A stretch of DNA of 64,000 nt from contig CAWDIC010000006.1 in assembly GCA_963802265.1 (NCBI GenBank), positions 11,889-75,888 on the forward strand, written 5' to 3'. This DNA comes from an uncultured delta proteobacterium. Lineage in GTDB: Bacteria > Desulfobacterota > Desulfobacteria > Desulfobacterales > CAWDIC01. The notes beneath the pieces were generated by a model, which did not search any database, was not told where the DNA came from, and was given only the letters and a program-made list of their open reading frames with translations. The position numbers and the translations under genes are program-made. Below are positions 30,573-42,337 of the stretch, one piece after another. How positions within the stretch are numbered: the stretch's first letter is position 1; each line of letters begins with the position of its first letter.

Positions 30573-32500
30573 TCTAATAGGAAGCCGCCTCCCTCCGTAG
30601 AAAATCATCATCAATAGATCCAGAAAGCGTGAAGGTTGCGTCAGCAGCATTGCTGTGCTGCGATCGTAGGCTTGGGCAGGGTGCGTAATAAAAAGGTTTT
30701 CCTGTGCCCGTGTCGTCGCCACGTACATCAATCTTAGTTCTTCCTCAAGCTCCTCGGTATTCTGCAGGGCGCGGACCGAAGGGAACCGACCGTCTAAAGC
30801 CCATATAACGAAAACGGTATGCCATTCCAGTCCTTTGGCGGAGTGAATCGTCGTTAGGGTCAAGCGTTGATCCATGGAGGACCGGGCCGTAAAGGTATCA
30901 TCGATGCTCGTGTTGGGGGGTTCCAACGCCATGTCGGCCAGAAAGTCTTCAAGGCGATTGTAGCGTTCCATAATCGTTATCAGATGTTCCAAGTCACGCA
31001 GGCGCTTGGGGTGGTCGTCGTATTTATCTTTTAAAAGAGGCGCATAATATCTTAGGATTGCCTCACCCAGGGAGGCTACCGTCATCATGTCCGGATCGCA
31101 AGCTTCAAAGAGCATTTTCAATGGGTTTAGTTTTTTAGATAGGCTGGATTTCAAGGGTGCTGTTAAAAGCCCTTGTATCCGGTGCCAGCGTTATGGATCG
31201 CTTCATAAATTTGCAAGGCCGTGCGGGGACCAACCTTTTCAATCAGAAGTAATATTCGATACCAACTGACCCGATCGTCCGGATTGACCATGACTTTAAA
31301 ATGCGCCAGACACATCTTTGATGTGGGCGGCTTCAACGAATTTAAATCCGCCAACCTTGATAAACTGTATATCGGCACGAGCAAGTTCGATTTCTAAATC
31401 GAAGGAGTGATAGCTGGCACGAAAAAGCACGGCCATCCGGTTGTAAGAGATGCCTTGCCGGTTCAGGTGCTTAAGTTTCTGGACGATGTACTTCGATTGA
31501 CTACTCTCGTCATGCGCACGCACCAACAATGGTCTAGGCCCCTCACTTTTTCGGGAAAAAAGTACTTTCGTATATTTATCCCGGGCCTGATCAATGATGG
31601 CATTGGCCAAATCCAAAATGGGTTGCGTGCTGCGATAGTTCTCTTCCAAGCGGATGATGTGCGTGTTTTGAAATTGGTCGGGAAACTCGAGAATATTGCG
31701 GATATCAGCCCCCCTGAAGGCATAGATACTTTGGGAATCATCACCGACGACCATAATGCTATTGGCGTTGCCGGACAGTAGGTAAACGATTTCAGATTGG
31801 ATGGGATTGGTATCCTGATATTCATCAACCATAATGTGGTCATAGGTTGATGCGATGCGGTTACGAATTTCGATGTTTTCATTTAATAAGCGATGCAGGT
31901 AAACCAAGAGGTCGTCGTAATCGAAAAGATTGAGTTCGGCTTTGCGCTGATGATACCGCTGAGACAATTCTATAATTGCATCCATATAGGACGCAAAATG
32001 AGGATAGTCATCGAAGATGACATCGTCGACCGATGTGGCTTTGTTAATCGCACGGCTAAAGACATGGGCAAGGGTTTGCTTGCGAGGAAAGGCGCGTTGT
32101 TTGGAAAGGGGGCCCAGTTCTTTCCGAAGCATGCTTATTAAACTTTCGGAATCGGAACGGTCCATTATCGAAAACCCGTTATTGAAGCCTAATTCGATGC
32201 GCATGGCGCCGAAGAATCGTGTTGGCAAAAGAGTGAAAGGTGCCTCCGGAAACTTGTTCACAGCGATGATCCAACAGAGAAGATGCCCGCCGCAGCATTT
32301 CTTGAGCTGCTTTGCGCGTGAAGGTTAACAACAAGATACTTGACGGTGTAACCCCTTCTTCGACCAGACGGGCGACACGATAGGTCAGCGTTCTTGTCTT
32401 GCCGCTGCCGGCTCCGGCAATTACCAGCAGTGGGCCATCCTTAAAAAAAACCGCTTCTCGTTGAGGTGGATTCAGGGCGGATTGATATGAAATTTATAAT
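30573..32500 (-). CDS. UvrD/PcrA/Rep-family DNA helicase; several frame breaks, ends approximate
   Basis: Helicase motifs LNPPQREAV and AGAGSGKT (near 32400), DEYQDTN, VGDDSQSIYAFRGA and YRST (31296-32261), and TIHSAKGLEW...YVATTRA (30399-31154). I could not fix the start codon. The likely stop is TAG at 30573 after a further shift. Confidence 0.8.
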
Positions 32501-32789
32501 CTCCGGCGTCAGGTCCTCTATGCGAAGTTCTCGTCACGTATGCCTCAGCTGCAATTATATGTGCTATCTCAAAAGTGCTTTTTCATCCAAGAATGTATTT
32601 TGGGCTGGCCTCTAGTAATAGACAAATTTAGCGTTGTTTATGTTTCACATGCGCAGCGCGATGTCAATAACTCCTATCTCTTTTTTCTTACTTGTTAATT
32701 TTGTTGACTTTTCTCATCGAGTATTATATCTCGACTAGTAGTTGAAGAAATTGCTTGCTAAAAGACAACTAGCCGATAGGGAGAAGCCG

Positions 32790-33188
32790 ATGAAGAAATT
32801 GCAGGATCAGTTAAAGACCGTATCTAAATCGCTTGCCGTCCTTTCCAAAAAAGTAGAATCCATAACGAAGCAGGTAGAAAAACTGCAGGCCAAGCAAAAG
32901 GTAGCTGCCAAAAAGAAGCCTGCCAAGAAGGCGCCGGCCAAGAAAGCCAAGGCTCGCAAGAAGGCGCCTGCCAAGAAAGCCGTAGCAGCAAAGAAAAAGA
33001 CAGCCAAACAGCTGACTGTTCTCGAATCTGTTCACAAGGTCGTCAAAGCCAGCCGAGCAGGCGCAGCCATCGCCCAAATCAGAGCAAAAACCAACCTGAG
33101 TGCCCGCCAGCTTAGCAATGCCCTTTATAAACTCGCCAAGCAGGGTAAAATCGTTGCGGCCTCGCGGGGTGTTTACAAAAAGAAATGA
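32790..33188 (+). CDS. Histone H1-like Lys/Ala-rich DNA-binding protein
   Basis: ATG 32790 follows AGGGAGAAG. Coiled N-terminus, then AAKKKPAKKAPAKKAKARKKAPAKKAVAAKKK repeats, then a ~55-aa C-terminal domain that may be a winged helix. Confidence 0.7.
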   Translation: MKKLQDQLKTVSKSLAVLSKKVESITKQVEKLQAKQKVAAKKKPAKKAPAKKAKARKKAPAKKAVAAKKKTAKQLTVLESVHKVVKASRAGAAIAQIRAKTNLSARQLSNALYKLAKQGKIVAASRGVYKKK

Positions 33189-33381
33189 TGCCAGATTCTG
33201 ACGGTTGGTGCGGTCCAAGGCTCTGTATACCGAAAGAGGAATATTATTAAGCGACTCGCGCACCAGATTTCTAACGAATGATTGTCGCCCATATCGATCA
33301 AACTAAAAGGTGCCGCCTGAGCGGTGAGAAAACATGGTTGCTAAGGGCGACCTATGGGTTTGTATATAATACTACTTAGGC

Positions 33382-33430
33382 AAAAAAGTCTTTGGCTAAC
33401 ATTGGGTCTGTCAAGCCAAAGGCTTTTTTT
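33382..33430. terminator. Bidirectional-looking intrinsic terminator
   Basis: A6, then a 10-bp stem GTCTTTGGCT/AGCCAAAGGC with a 16-nt loop, then T7. Confidence 0.55.
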
Positions 33431-33486
33431 ATTGAAATTCGTTGCCAAACCTTCCCGTGGGTCTTATCTTTTTCCAATGTCGATTT

Positions 33487-36438
33487 ATGTTAAGGAATGT
33501 TAAGATGTGCGATAAGAGAATAAAAACCTCATGTTTCGTGTTGATCGCCTTTTCAATCGGCCTGGTTATGAGTGCTGTGACCCTCATGCCGCCGATTGCC
33601 CTGGCCGACAGCTCCGACCGCCTTGAAGCGGGCAAGCAAGGTTCGACCGAAATTAAGAGCGCTTACCGGCCTGGCCGCATGCAGCCCAGTGACCTGCAAC
33701 CGGATCCGAAACTCATTTTTGGCCGATTGGCGAATGGCTTTCGTTACGTCTTGATGCCCAATTCTGAACCCCGCGACCGCGTCAGCCTGCATCTCAATGT
33801 CCAGGTGGGATCGCTCAGTGAAAGTGATGGGCAACGGGGGTTGGCCCATTTTCTAGAGCATTTGATGTTTAACGGTTCGACCAACTTCCCACCGGGCGAA
33901 CTGGTCAAGTATTTTCAAAGAATCGGAATGCAATTTGGTCCCGACGCCAATGCCCATACCGGATTTGAGGAAACGGTTTATGATGTCCTGCTGCCGGACG
34001 GCAAACCTGAGAGCCTCGCGAACGGTTTACTGGTTTTAAGTGATTATGCCCAGGGGGCGCTGCTTTTACCTTCTGAAGTGGCGCGCGAAAGTAAGGTAAT
34101 CCTTTCCGAAATGCGGGCGCGTGATTCAACTTCCTACCGTATTCTGGATGCCAGGTTCCAATTTGAGTTTGAGGGCACCCGAGTCGCTCAGCGCCTTCCG
34201 ATTGGTTTGAAAGAAGTCATTCAAGGGGCCACGTCTGAAGATCTCAAACACTTCTACGACACCTGGTATCGGCCGGAGACAATGATTCTGGTAATGGTTG
34301 GCGACATCACCGAGGCAACTGTCGAGCCCCTGATAAAAAAACATTTTTCTACCTTTGCGTCCACGTGCACCGGCGCTGCCCGAGCCGAAAATAGGTCAAT
34401 TGATGCATGCGGGCGTCAAAAGCTTTTATCACCATGAAAAAGAAGCCGGCAAAACAACGGTATCCATTGCCACCCTAAGGCAAAGGTGCACGGTCCCGGA
34501 CACATCAGCGCTCCAACGCACATTGATCATTCAGGATGTCGCCGACCAGATCGTTCAAAACCGACTGGACCGCCTGGTCACCTTAGGCGCGTCTCCCTGT
34601 ACAGTCGGCCAGCAATCGGGTCCGGTCTATACCTGCGCCGATTTGATTATACGGAATTGATGGCCGAATGCAGTCCGAGACAGGTGGGCTGCGAACCTGG
34701 TTTTTTTGGAACAGACCTTGCGGCAAGCCGTCCTGTTTGGGTTCACGGCCGAGGAGCTGGCGCGTGTCAAAAAGGATTATCTGGCGGACCTGGAAGTTGC
34801 CGTTAGCAAGGCGGCGACCCGAGATAGTCAGGCCCTGGCGCGGCAGATCATATGGCATCTGAACAATGACCGTGTTTTTCAATCACCAGCCCAACGGCAG
34901 CAACTGTTGAAGCCGATCGTTACCTCATTAACGCTGCAAGATGTTCATGCGGCGATGAAACAGGCGTGGGCTGAAGACCATCGCCTTGTCCTGGTAACCG
35001 GCAATGCGCTGATTGACAAACCTGGCGTTACACCTGAGCAGACGATTGCGGGCGGTCTACAAACAAAGTGGTCAAGAGCGTGTTGTTACCACCGGAAGCC
35101 CCCGAGAAGGCTGTGTTCCCGTACCTGCCCGAACCGTCACAAAGCGGACAAATCGTTGCCAACGTTACCCATGCGGATTCTGGCATTACGCAGATCAGAT
35201 TTGACAACGGTGTCTATCTCAATTTTAAGCAAACCGATTTTAAGGCCAATGAAGTCCAAGCGGCGCTTTCTTTCGGATCGGGGCGTATGTCGCAGCCCCT
35301 ATCTCAACCGGGACTGGCGGAGTTGAGCGAGGCTGTTGTCAATGCCAGTGGCTTGGGGTCCTTGGACAAGGAGGCCCTCAACCAGGCCTTGGCCGGCAGC
35401 AATACGAAAGTCACCTTTAATATCGCCGAGGACCGTTTTGTATTCAAGGGTCAAACCGTCTCGAAGAATCTCGAACGCCTTTTTCAGTTGCTCTACGCCC
35501 ACTTTCAGGATCCGGCTTTCCGCCCTGAAGCTTTTACGCTCTCCACCAAACGCCTTCAGCAACAATATGAAACCTACAGTGGCTCGGTCGAAGGCAGCTT
35601 TGCAATCGCAAGGCTTACGCTTTTTGGCCGGGGGGGACCGTCGCTTTGGGTTCCCAAAACCGTCTGAATGGGAACAACTGTCTCTTGATCAGGTTCGTGG
35701 CCTGGATTGGCAGCGCAATCGCCAACGAGCCGCTCGAAGTGTCCATTGTCGGCGATTGTGACCGCGATGCGGTTGTGGCGTTGGCTGCGCGCTATTTCGG
35801 GACCCTTAAATCTCGACCAGCCTGGCACCATAAGCCTCTTATACAGCCCGCCCCCTCCTTCCCGGCGTCGCAGGAGCGCAAAATCGAGGTGACCACGAAA
35901 ATTCCCAAGGGTCTGGTCGTCATGGCATATCTAACGGACGATTTCTGGGATATCCAGCGCGTACGTCGCTTGGCCGTTTTAGCGGAGGTGCTTTCGGATC
36001 GCCTGCGGATTGGAATTCGCGAAGAGCGCGGGGCTTCGTATTCACCTTTCGCCTTTAACCGTTCCAGTCGGGCGTTTGCCGGCTACGGCCTTTTCCAGAC
36101 CTACATCCAGGTTGACCCTGAAGCCGCTGCCAAGGTGATCCAGGCCGTCAAAGCAATTGTGGCCGATCTCGTGAAGCAAGGGATTTCCAACGAAGAACTG
36201 CGTCGCGCGGCCTAGATCCGATTTTAACCGGCCTCAAAGATTTACGACGCTCGAACGCGTACTGGTTGAACAGCGTCTTGGCCAGCGCCAGCCGGCATCC
36301 GCAGCAGATCGAATGGAGCCGGACAATCGTGGACGATTACGCCGCCGTGACGGCTGCCGAATTATGGCGTTGGCCAAAAAATACCTGCAAAACGATCAGG
36401 TCGCTGTCGTAACATCCTTCCGGCGTTGCCCAGGATAA
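33487..36438 (+). CDS. Large M16 (pitrilysin-family) zinc peptidase with duplicated M16 modules; at least five frame breaks
   Basis: Signal peptide and the inverted zinc motif HFLEH (GLAHFLEHLMFNGS). Pieces 33442-34437, 34355-34660, 34706-35326, 35068-35667, 35646-36215 and a tail to about 36438 are all colinear with M16 proteins. Confidence 0.8.
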
Positions 36439-36798
36439 CGTCTAGCGAAAACGCTTTTCAGACGGTGCTCAGTAGCTTTCCTTCGATATCCTCCAATACT
36501 TAGTTTTAAAAAAGCCTATCAATAGCCTCCATCGTTCGGGCGGAGCACGATGAGCACGCCGTTCCGTGACCGTGTTCCATCTACCAGAGAGCGCCGTTTC
36601 GCGGGCCCCTAACGACCGGTTTAAGCGCAGCAACGGGCCTGTTTTAGTTTCTTTAGGCGAAGGCTCGGTCCGCCTCGGGTGAAAACCAGGCCGCCCTGTC
36701 CAAGGGCTAAAAGGGGCTCATTTTCCCTTGACAAAAATAGGAACTACAGGTACAAGAGCGCATGCTATTATTCCCCGGTTATGCGTGAATGCATTACC

Positions 36799-36954
36799 TT
36801 TATTAGAACCCATCGTAAGGATAGGATCAGGACTCAGGGAAGGGCGGGATTTGGCAAAAAAAGGGCGTTCCGGTGCGAACGGTTACGCGCATTTGCGTTG
36901 ACCCGCGGTCCCTTCAAGGGCCCTGAAACTATTTTTAAGATGGGTTCTAATAAA
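36799..36954 (+). repeat. Perfect 16-bp inverted repeat enclosing 124 nt in the qrc upstream region
   Basis: TTTATTAGAACCCATC (36799-36814) is the exact reverse complement of GATGGGTTCTAATAAA (36939-36954). Confidence 0.8.
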
Positions 36955-37019
36955 ACGGCCGGGCTTTAGGCTTATTCTAAGGTGAGTCGGATCATCAACT
37001 AAAGAATTACGGAGTATTC

Positions 37020-37730
37020 ATGAGCACACCAGATGATAAAACCAATGCGGTTTCGACCGAAGAAACCGGTGAGGCGACCGAATCAGCAGCCCTTGAAAGG
37101 GAAAAGGATCAGGATAATGGGGCCGGCGGGCCGATTATCCTGTTTTTTATTCTGGGGCTTGCAGCCAGTCTTGTTGTGGGATGGATTGTTTTTCCAAAAG
37201 CACTGTATTCCCAGAAAAAGCAGCCGATCGATTTTAGCCATGTACTCCACATGGAAGAGGTCGATAATGGCTGTGAAAGCTGTCATTATTTCAGGGAAGA
37301 CGGAACCTACGCAGGTGTTCCCAAACTGGCGGATTGTATCGATTGCCATGAGGAAGTAATGGGCGAATCCGAAAATGAGGCCCGCTTTGTCGAAGAATAT
37401 GTCTCCCAGAACAGGGAAGTTCCCTGGTTCGTTTATTCCCGGCAACAGGATTGCGTTTTTTTCCCACACGCCGCCCATGTCATCAAAGCCCAAATGGATT
37501 GTGTTACCTGTCACGGCCACATTGGTGAGTCCGAAAGCCTTCCGATCTATGAGGAAAATCGCCTTACCGGTGTCAGTCGTGATATTTGGGGCAGGAATAT
37601 ATCGGGTATCAAACGGAATACCTGGGACCGGATGAAAATGGATGACTGCTCCGAATGCCATGTAAGAGAGAATGTCAAACAAAACAGTGTCCAGACGTTG
37701 AAGGGCGGATGTTTTGTGTGTCACAAATAA
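37020..37730 (+). CDS. qrcA: Membrane-anchored pentaheme cytochrome c (QrcA / ACIII ActA-like)
   Basis: Intact 236 aa with one N-terminal TM helix and five CxxCH motifs (CESCH, CIDCH, CVTCH, CSECH, CFVCH). Confidence 0.8.
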   Translation: MSTPDDKTNAVSTEETGEATESAALEREKDQDNGAGGPIILFFILGLAASLVVGWIVFPKALYSQKKQPIDFSHVLHMEEVDNGCESCHYFREDGTYAGVPKLADCIDCHEEVMGESENEARFVEEYVSQNREVPWFVYSRQQDCVFFPHAAHVIKAQMDCVTCHGHIGESESLPIYEENRLTGVSRDIWGRNISGIKRNTWDRMKMDDCSECHVRENVKQNSVQTLKGGCFVCHK

Positions 37731-37810
37731 GATCACGGGGTATTGCTGTTCGATAATAGATTGAATGGCGTTGTAAAGCACGTACCTTGTTCAAGTTAAG
37801 GGGTAAATTC

Positions 37811-40041
37811 ATGAAAATAGACAGGAGAGCTTTTTTGTCGTTTGCAATTGGCGGGGCAGCGGGTACCGCCCTTTCGCCGTTACCGTGGAAACTGATGGAC
37901 GACTCATCCATCTGGTCCCAGAACTGGCCGTGGACCCCGGTTCCACCGGATGGTGAATTTAGTTATGCCAATTCAACCTGTACCCTCTGTCGGGGGGGGT
38001 GTGGTATTTCGGTCTGTAAAGTGGATGAACGGGCCATTAAAATTGAAGGCTTGCCGGATCACCCGATCAATAACGGTGGGATTTGCATTCTGGGGTTGTC
38101 GGGTCTTCAATTGCTTTACGGCCCTACCAGAATCAAAACACCGCTCAAGCGCATGGGCAAACGCGGCGAAGGCCGCTGGGCGGCAATCGACTTGGCAAGC
38201 AGCCATTGCCGAGATCACGGACAAGCTGCAAACCCTGCGCGCCAACGGCCAGGCCCAAACCGTTGGCTGTATCACTGATTCGGATCGGGGTACCGTGGCG
38301 AGCCTGTTGAGCCGTTTTATGACGGTCTTCGGCTCACCCAATTATATGCGGACCCCTTCGATTGAGGATTCTTATGAAATGGCCTTGTACCTGATGCAAG
38401 GTGTTCAGGCCACGGCTGGGTTCGATGTGGAGCAGTCCGACTTTATCCTCAGTTTTGGCTCCGGCGTCATCGAAGGCTGGGGGTCACCGGTTCGAATGTT
38501 CCAGGCCAACAGCAAGCGGGTTGCAGGCCAGGCCAAGCTCGTTCAGATCGAGCCGCGTCTGTCCACTACCGCTGCCAAAGCGGACCAATGGATAGCCATC
38601 AACCCCGGAACGGAAGCCGATCTGGCTTTGGGGCTGGCGAATATCATTATCAGAGAAAACCGTCAGAAAGCCAATTTTATCGACATGTACACCGAAGGTT
38701 TCGATGACTGGAAGCAGGCGGTCCTCGGTCGCTATAGCCCGGACGAGGTTGTCCGCATCACGGGTGTCGACAAGGAAACCCTGGTGTCGTTGGCCCGCAG
38801 TTTTGTGAGGGCTTCGCGACCGCTGGCGATCTGTGGACGGGGCGAGGGGCGGAGGCCTGGTAGCCTACGCGAAGTTATGGCGGTGCATCGCTTTAAATGC
38901 ACTGGTTGGGAACATAAACAAACCCGGAGGTGTCTGGGCCGTTCCGGAAGCCGATTATATCGACTGGCCCGAGGCCGAGATGGATCGCGCCGCTTCCGAG
39001 GGGCATGCAGCATGCTCGGATCGATGGCGCCGGTGGCGATCGATTCCCTTACTCGCGCTATCTACTCAATCGTTTGGCTGAAAGGGTCAATGCGGGTAAG
39101 CCCTATCCCTTGCAGGCCCTGTTCGTGAGCAACGCCAATCCATGCCATACCTTACCGGGTAGCAAGGATGTCAAGGCGGCCTTCGATAAAATACCTTTTG
39201 TGGTCAGTTTTTCATCCTACATGGATGAAACCGCAATGAATGCGGATCTCATCTTACCCAATCACGTATATTTAGAACGCTACGAAGACGTAGCGACGAC
39301 CGCCGGGTTGCCTTACCCGATTATCGGTTTAACCCAACCGGTTGTCGAACCCATGTTCGACACCCAGCATACCGGCGACACCGTCATCCAAATCGCTCAG
39401 GCCATGGGCGGAACCATCGCTGACGCCTTTCCATGGGACAGCTATGAAGCCTGCCTTGAAGAAACGCTCGGGGAAAAATGGGATGTCCTAAATGAAGAGG
39501 GTTACTGGACTGACCCGGATTTCAGCGTTCCCGATTGGCCCGACGCTTTCGAAACACCCTCGGGTAAATTTGAATTCAGCAGCCGGGATATTGCGGCGCT
39601 TGACATCGCTACCACCGTGGAACCGGAAGGCGAGGCCAAAGCATTTCCCCTTGCTGTTGATGCCTGTCGATTCAATGCGTATCTGCGGGTGGTTTTATCG
39701 GTGATCCACCGTTCATGGTAAAAGCGATTGATGACACGGTTTTGAAAGGTAACGATCTACTCGTCGAAGTCAATCCTCAAACCGCCACGTCCTATGGGCT
39801 GAAAGAAGGCCAACATGCAAAATTAAGTACTCCCAAGGGTGAAGCCCGTGTTCGCGTTCATCTATATGAAGGCGTTCGACCAGGTGTTGTCGCGATGCCG
39901 CAAGGGTTGGGGCATACAGCGTATGACCGCTTCCTGGCTGGAAAGGGAGTTAATTTTAATGAACTCATCGGCCCGGTCGCCGATCCGGCTTCCGGCCTTG
40001 ATGCTGCCTGGGGAATAAGGGCCCAGTTGAAGAGTGCCTAA
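37811..40041 (+). CDS. qrcB: Tat-exported molybdopterin-oxidoreductase-family subunit (QrcB-like); about three frame breaks
   Basis: Twin-arginine signal MKIDRRAFLSFAIGGAAG and an N-terminal FeS motif CTLCRGGCGISVC. Pieces 37787-38278, 37950-39128, 38930-39721 and 39715-40041. The last piece is the C-terminal MopB barrel. Confidence 0.75.
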
Positions 40042-40132
40042 TGGCTTGTCAGCGGCGACTCCATTGCTTGGTCAACGTTGACCGCACCACGTGCTTGAAG
40101 GCTGAACGCTTAAATAATTGTAAGAGGTTCTG

Positions 40133-40919
40133 ATGAAAGAAGCGCACAATAACAGTAACGCCAAGAAGTATGGAATGGTAATCGATCTGGACAAATGTAC
40201 CGGGTGTGGTGCCTGCATGGTCGCTTGCATGTCGGAGAACAATGTGCCGTTCCGGGAGGATGAAACCGATAAATTGCTTAGTTTGGCATGGCTCCGTATC
40301 TATAAATTGACCAACGGCAAGCCCTTCCCGGAAACCGATGTCTGCTATCTTCCCAGGCCATGCATGCACTGTGAAGGGAGCCACGGGCATTCGCCGTGTG
40401 TTTCGGTGTGTCCTGCTACGGCGACCGACTATGATAACGAGTACCGGCATTGTCAGCCAGATCTACACGCGATGTTTCGGATGTCGCTACTGTATGGCCG
40501 CCTGCCCCTATCATGTTCGCCTTTTTAACTGGTGGGATCCGGTTTGGCCCGAGGGCATGACCGAATATCTGAGCCCCAAGGTTTCGGTCCGCATGCGGGG
40601 CGTGGTAGAAAAATGCAGCTTCTGTTTTCATCGTTATCAGGCCGCCATGGAGAAGGCGCATTACGAAGAGCGGGACGATATCGAAGAGCACGAATATCAG
40701 ACGGCCTGCACCCAGGCCTGCCCGGCCGGTGCAATTACTTTTGGCGATCTGAACAACCACGACCACGCCGTTTACGCGCTTAAGAAGAAACCGGACACGT
40801 TCCGCCTGTTGGAGCGATTGGGGACCAACCCCAAAGTTTATTATCATTCAAGTCGTGAATGGGTCCGACGCGCTGGCGATAACTATCTTAAAGGTGAAGG
40901 GCTCATCAAAAGCCATTAG
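40133..40919 (+). CDS. qrcC: Four-cluster 4Fe-4S ferredoxin-type subunit (QrcC-like); one frame break
   Basis: Cluster motifs CTGCGACMVAC, CMHC...CVSVCP, CFGCRYCMAACP and CSFC...CTQACP. Pieces 40133-40528 and 40338-40919. Confidence 0.8.
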
Positions 40920-40973
40920 TTGCAAGCGTATAAAATTATCTTTTTCGTACGACAGGAAGTTTGAGGAGCACAT

Positions 40974-42315
40974 ATGGATTCTGCATTAATACCCAAGGGA
41001 GTTAAACGCTGTCCATTTCCGCAGTTTTTAATGGGACTGGCGATCCCCGGTGCCGTGCTATTGTGGGGCGTTTTTGCCGCGTTGCTTTGCTGGTTTAAGG
41101 GCCTCAACCAGACCAACATGAACAATGCCTACGGTTTTGCAATTTGGATCTGGGCCGACCTGGCGGTGATTGCTCTGGGCGGCGGCGCTTTCTTTACCGG
41201 TTTGCTGCGCTACATTGTCGGCAAGGACGAACTTAAAAATATTATCAACTATGCGGTTTTGATCGGTTTCATTTGCTATAGTTCGGCGTTGCTGATCCTC
41301 GGAATCGATGTGGGGCAACCCATGCGGGGCTGGTTTATTTTCTGGCATGCCAATGTCCATTCCATGCTGACTGAAGTGGCCTTTTGTCTGACCTGCCTAT
41401 TTCGGGGTGTTGTGCGTAGAATATTTGCCCCTGGTTCTTGAAAACCGCCAGATCGACCGGGTACCTTTTTTCCACAACCTGAGTCATAACATGCATGCGA
41501 CCATGGCAATTTTCGCAGCGACCGGTGCTTTTCTGTCCTTCTTCCACCAAGGTTCGTTGGGCGGTGTGGCCGGTGTATTGTTCGGGCGCCCCTTCGGCTT
41601 TCGTGAACACATTCTGATTTGGCCCTGGACCTTCTTTCTTTTCACCTGGTCGGCCGCGGCAATGGGGCCGTGCTTCACGATCTTCATCACCAAATTGACG
41701 GAAAAGATTGCCGGCAAAAAGTTGGTTAAGGACAATGTCATCGAACTGTTGGCCAAAATAGCCGGATGGATGTTATTAACCTATATTATCGCCAAGATAA
41801 TCGACACCTGGTATTGGGCAACCGTAACGGCGCCATCCAAGGGCATGCACTTGATGGATTTTTACTCCAATAACGCCATGTACGGGATCTGGATTTTGAT
41901 TCTGGAAATCGTGATTTGCGGCATCGTGCCGGCGTTGATTCTGATAACGAAAGTCGGACGCCAAACCCAGTTTACCTTGTGGCTGGCGGTAATCCTGGCG
42001 GCTTTGGGGGCGTGTGTCAACCGTTGGGCCATGGTTCTGCAAGTGCTGGCGATTCCGGTGCTTCCTTTTGAAGACTGGGCGCTTTACTACCCCAGCTGGC
42101 AAGAAGTGGCAACGACCATCCTGCCGGTTGCCTACGGTGTTATCTTGATTATGATTTCATACCGTTATATGCCGATTTTCCCCCAGGAACAGGAATTGAA
42201 TCCGATTGTAATAGATGAACCGGAGGGCCCTGAAGCGGTCGAGGTCGACACTGAGACCGTTGCCCAAGAAGCGACACCCGAAGAAGTCGGCGAGCTAAAA
42301 CCGGCCGAGGCCTAA
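40974..42315 (+). CDS. qrcD: NrfD/PsrC-family integral membrane quinone-interacting subunit (QrcD-like); one frame break
   Basis: Polytopic membrane protein in pieces 40974-41441 and 41407-42315, with an acidic C-terminal tail. Its operon position after the FeS subunit fits QrcD. Confidence 0.75.
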
Positions 42316-42337
42316 ACGACGATAGAGGAGAGAAACG

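Noticed and set aside
32641-32651. TGTTTCACATG might be a parS site. I looked for others near parAB at 16.3-18.1 kb.
   Set aside because: Only the TGTTTCAC half matches the TGTTTCACGTGAAACA palindrome. No full parS-like palindrome was seen by eye near parAB or elsewhere in the window.
32811-33263. A 150-aa minus-strand ORF lies antisense to the histone-like gene. Many similar track ORFs exist, for example 522-908, 5131-5553, 7981-8706, 9436-9657, 37083-37781 and 43262-43732.
   Set aside because: They lie wholly inside, and antisense or out of frame to, genes with strong family motifs. They have low-complexity Arg/Gly/Pro- or Leu-rich composition typical of alternate frames in GC-rich coding DNA, and they lack RBS signals.
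36439-37019. The region upstream of the molybdopterin-family operon might hold a Moco riboswitch or a sigma54 promoter.
   Set aside because: I could not find the conserved Moco-motif core I remember, and I cannot run a covariance model. The only TGGCA box (near 36851) is followed by GGGC at slightly wrong spacing instead of TTGC. The inverted repeat is kept as an open question; the specific labels are not.
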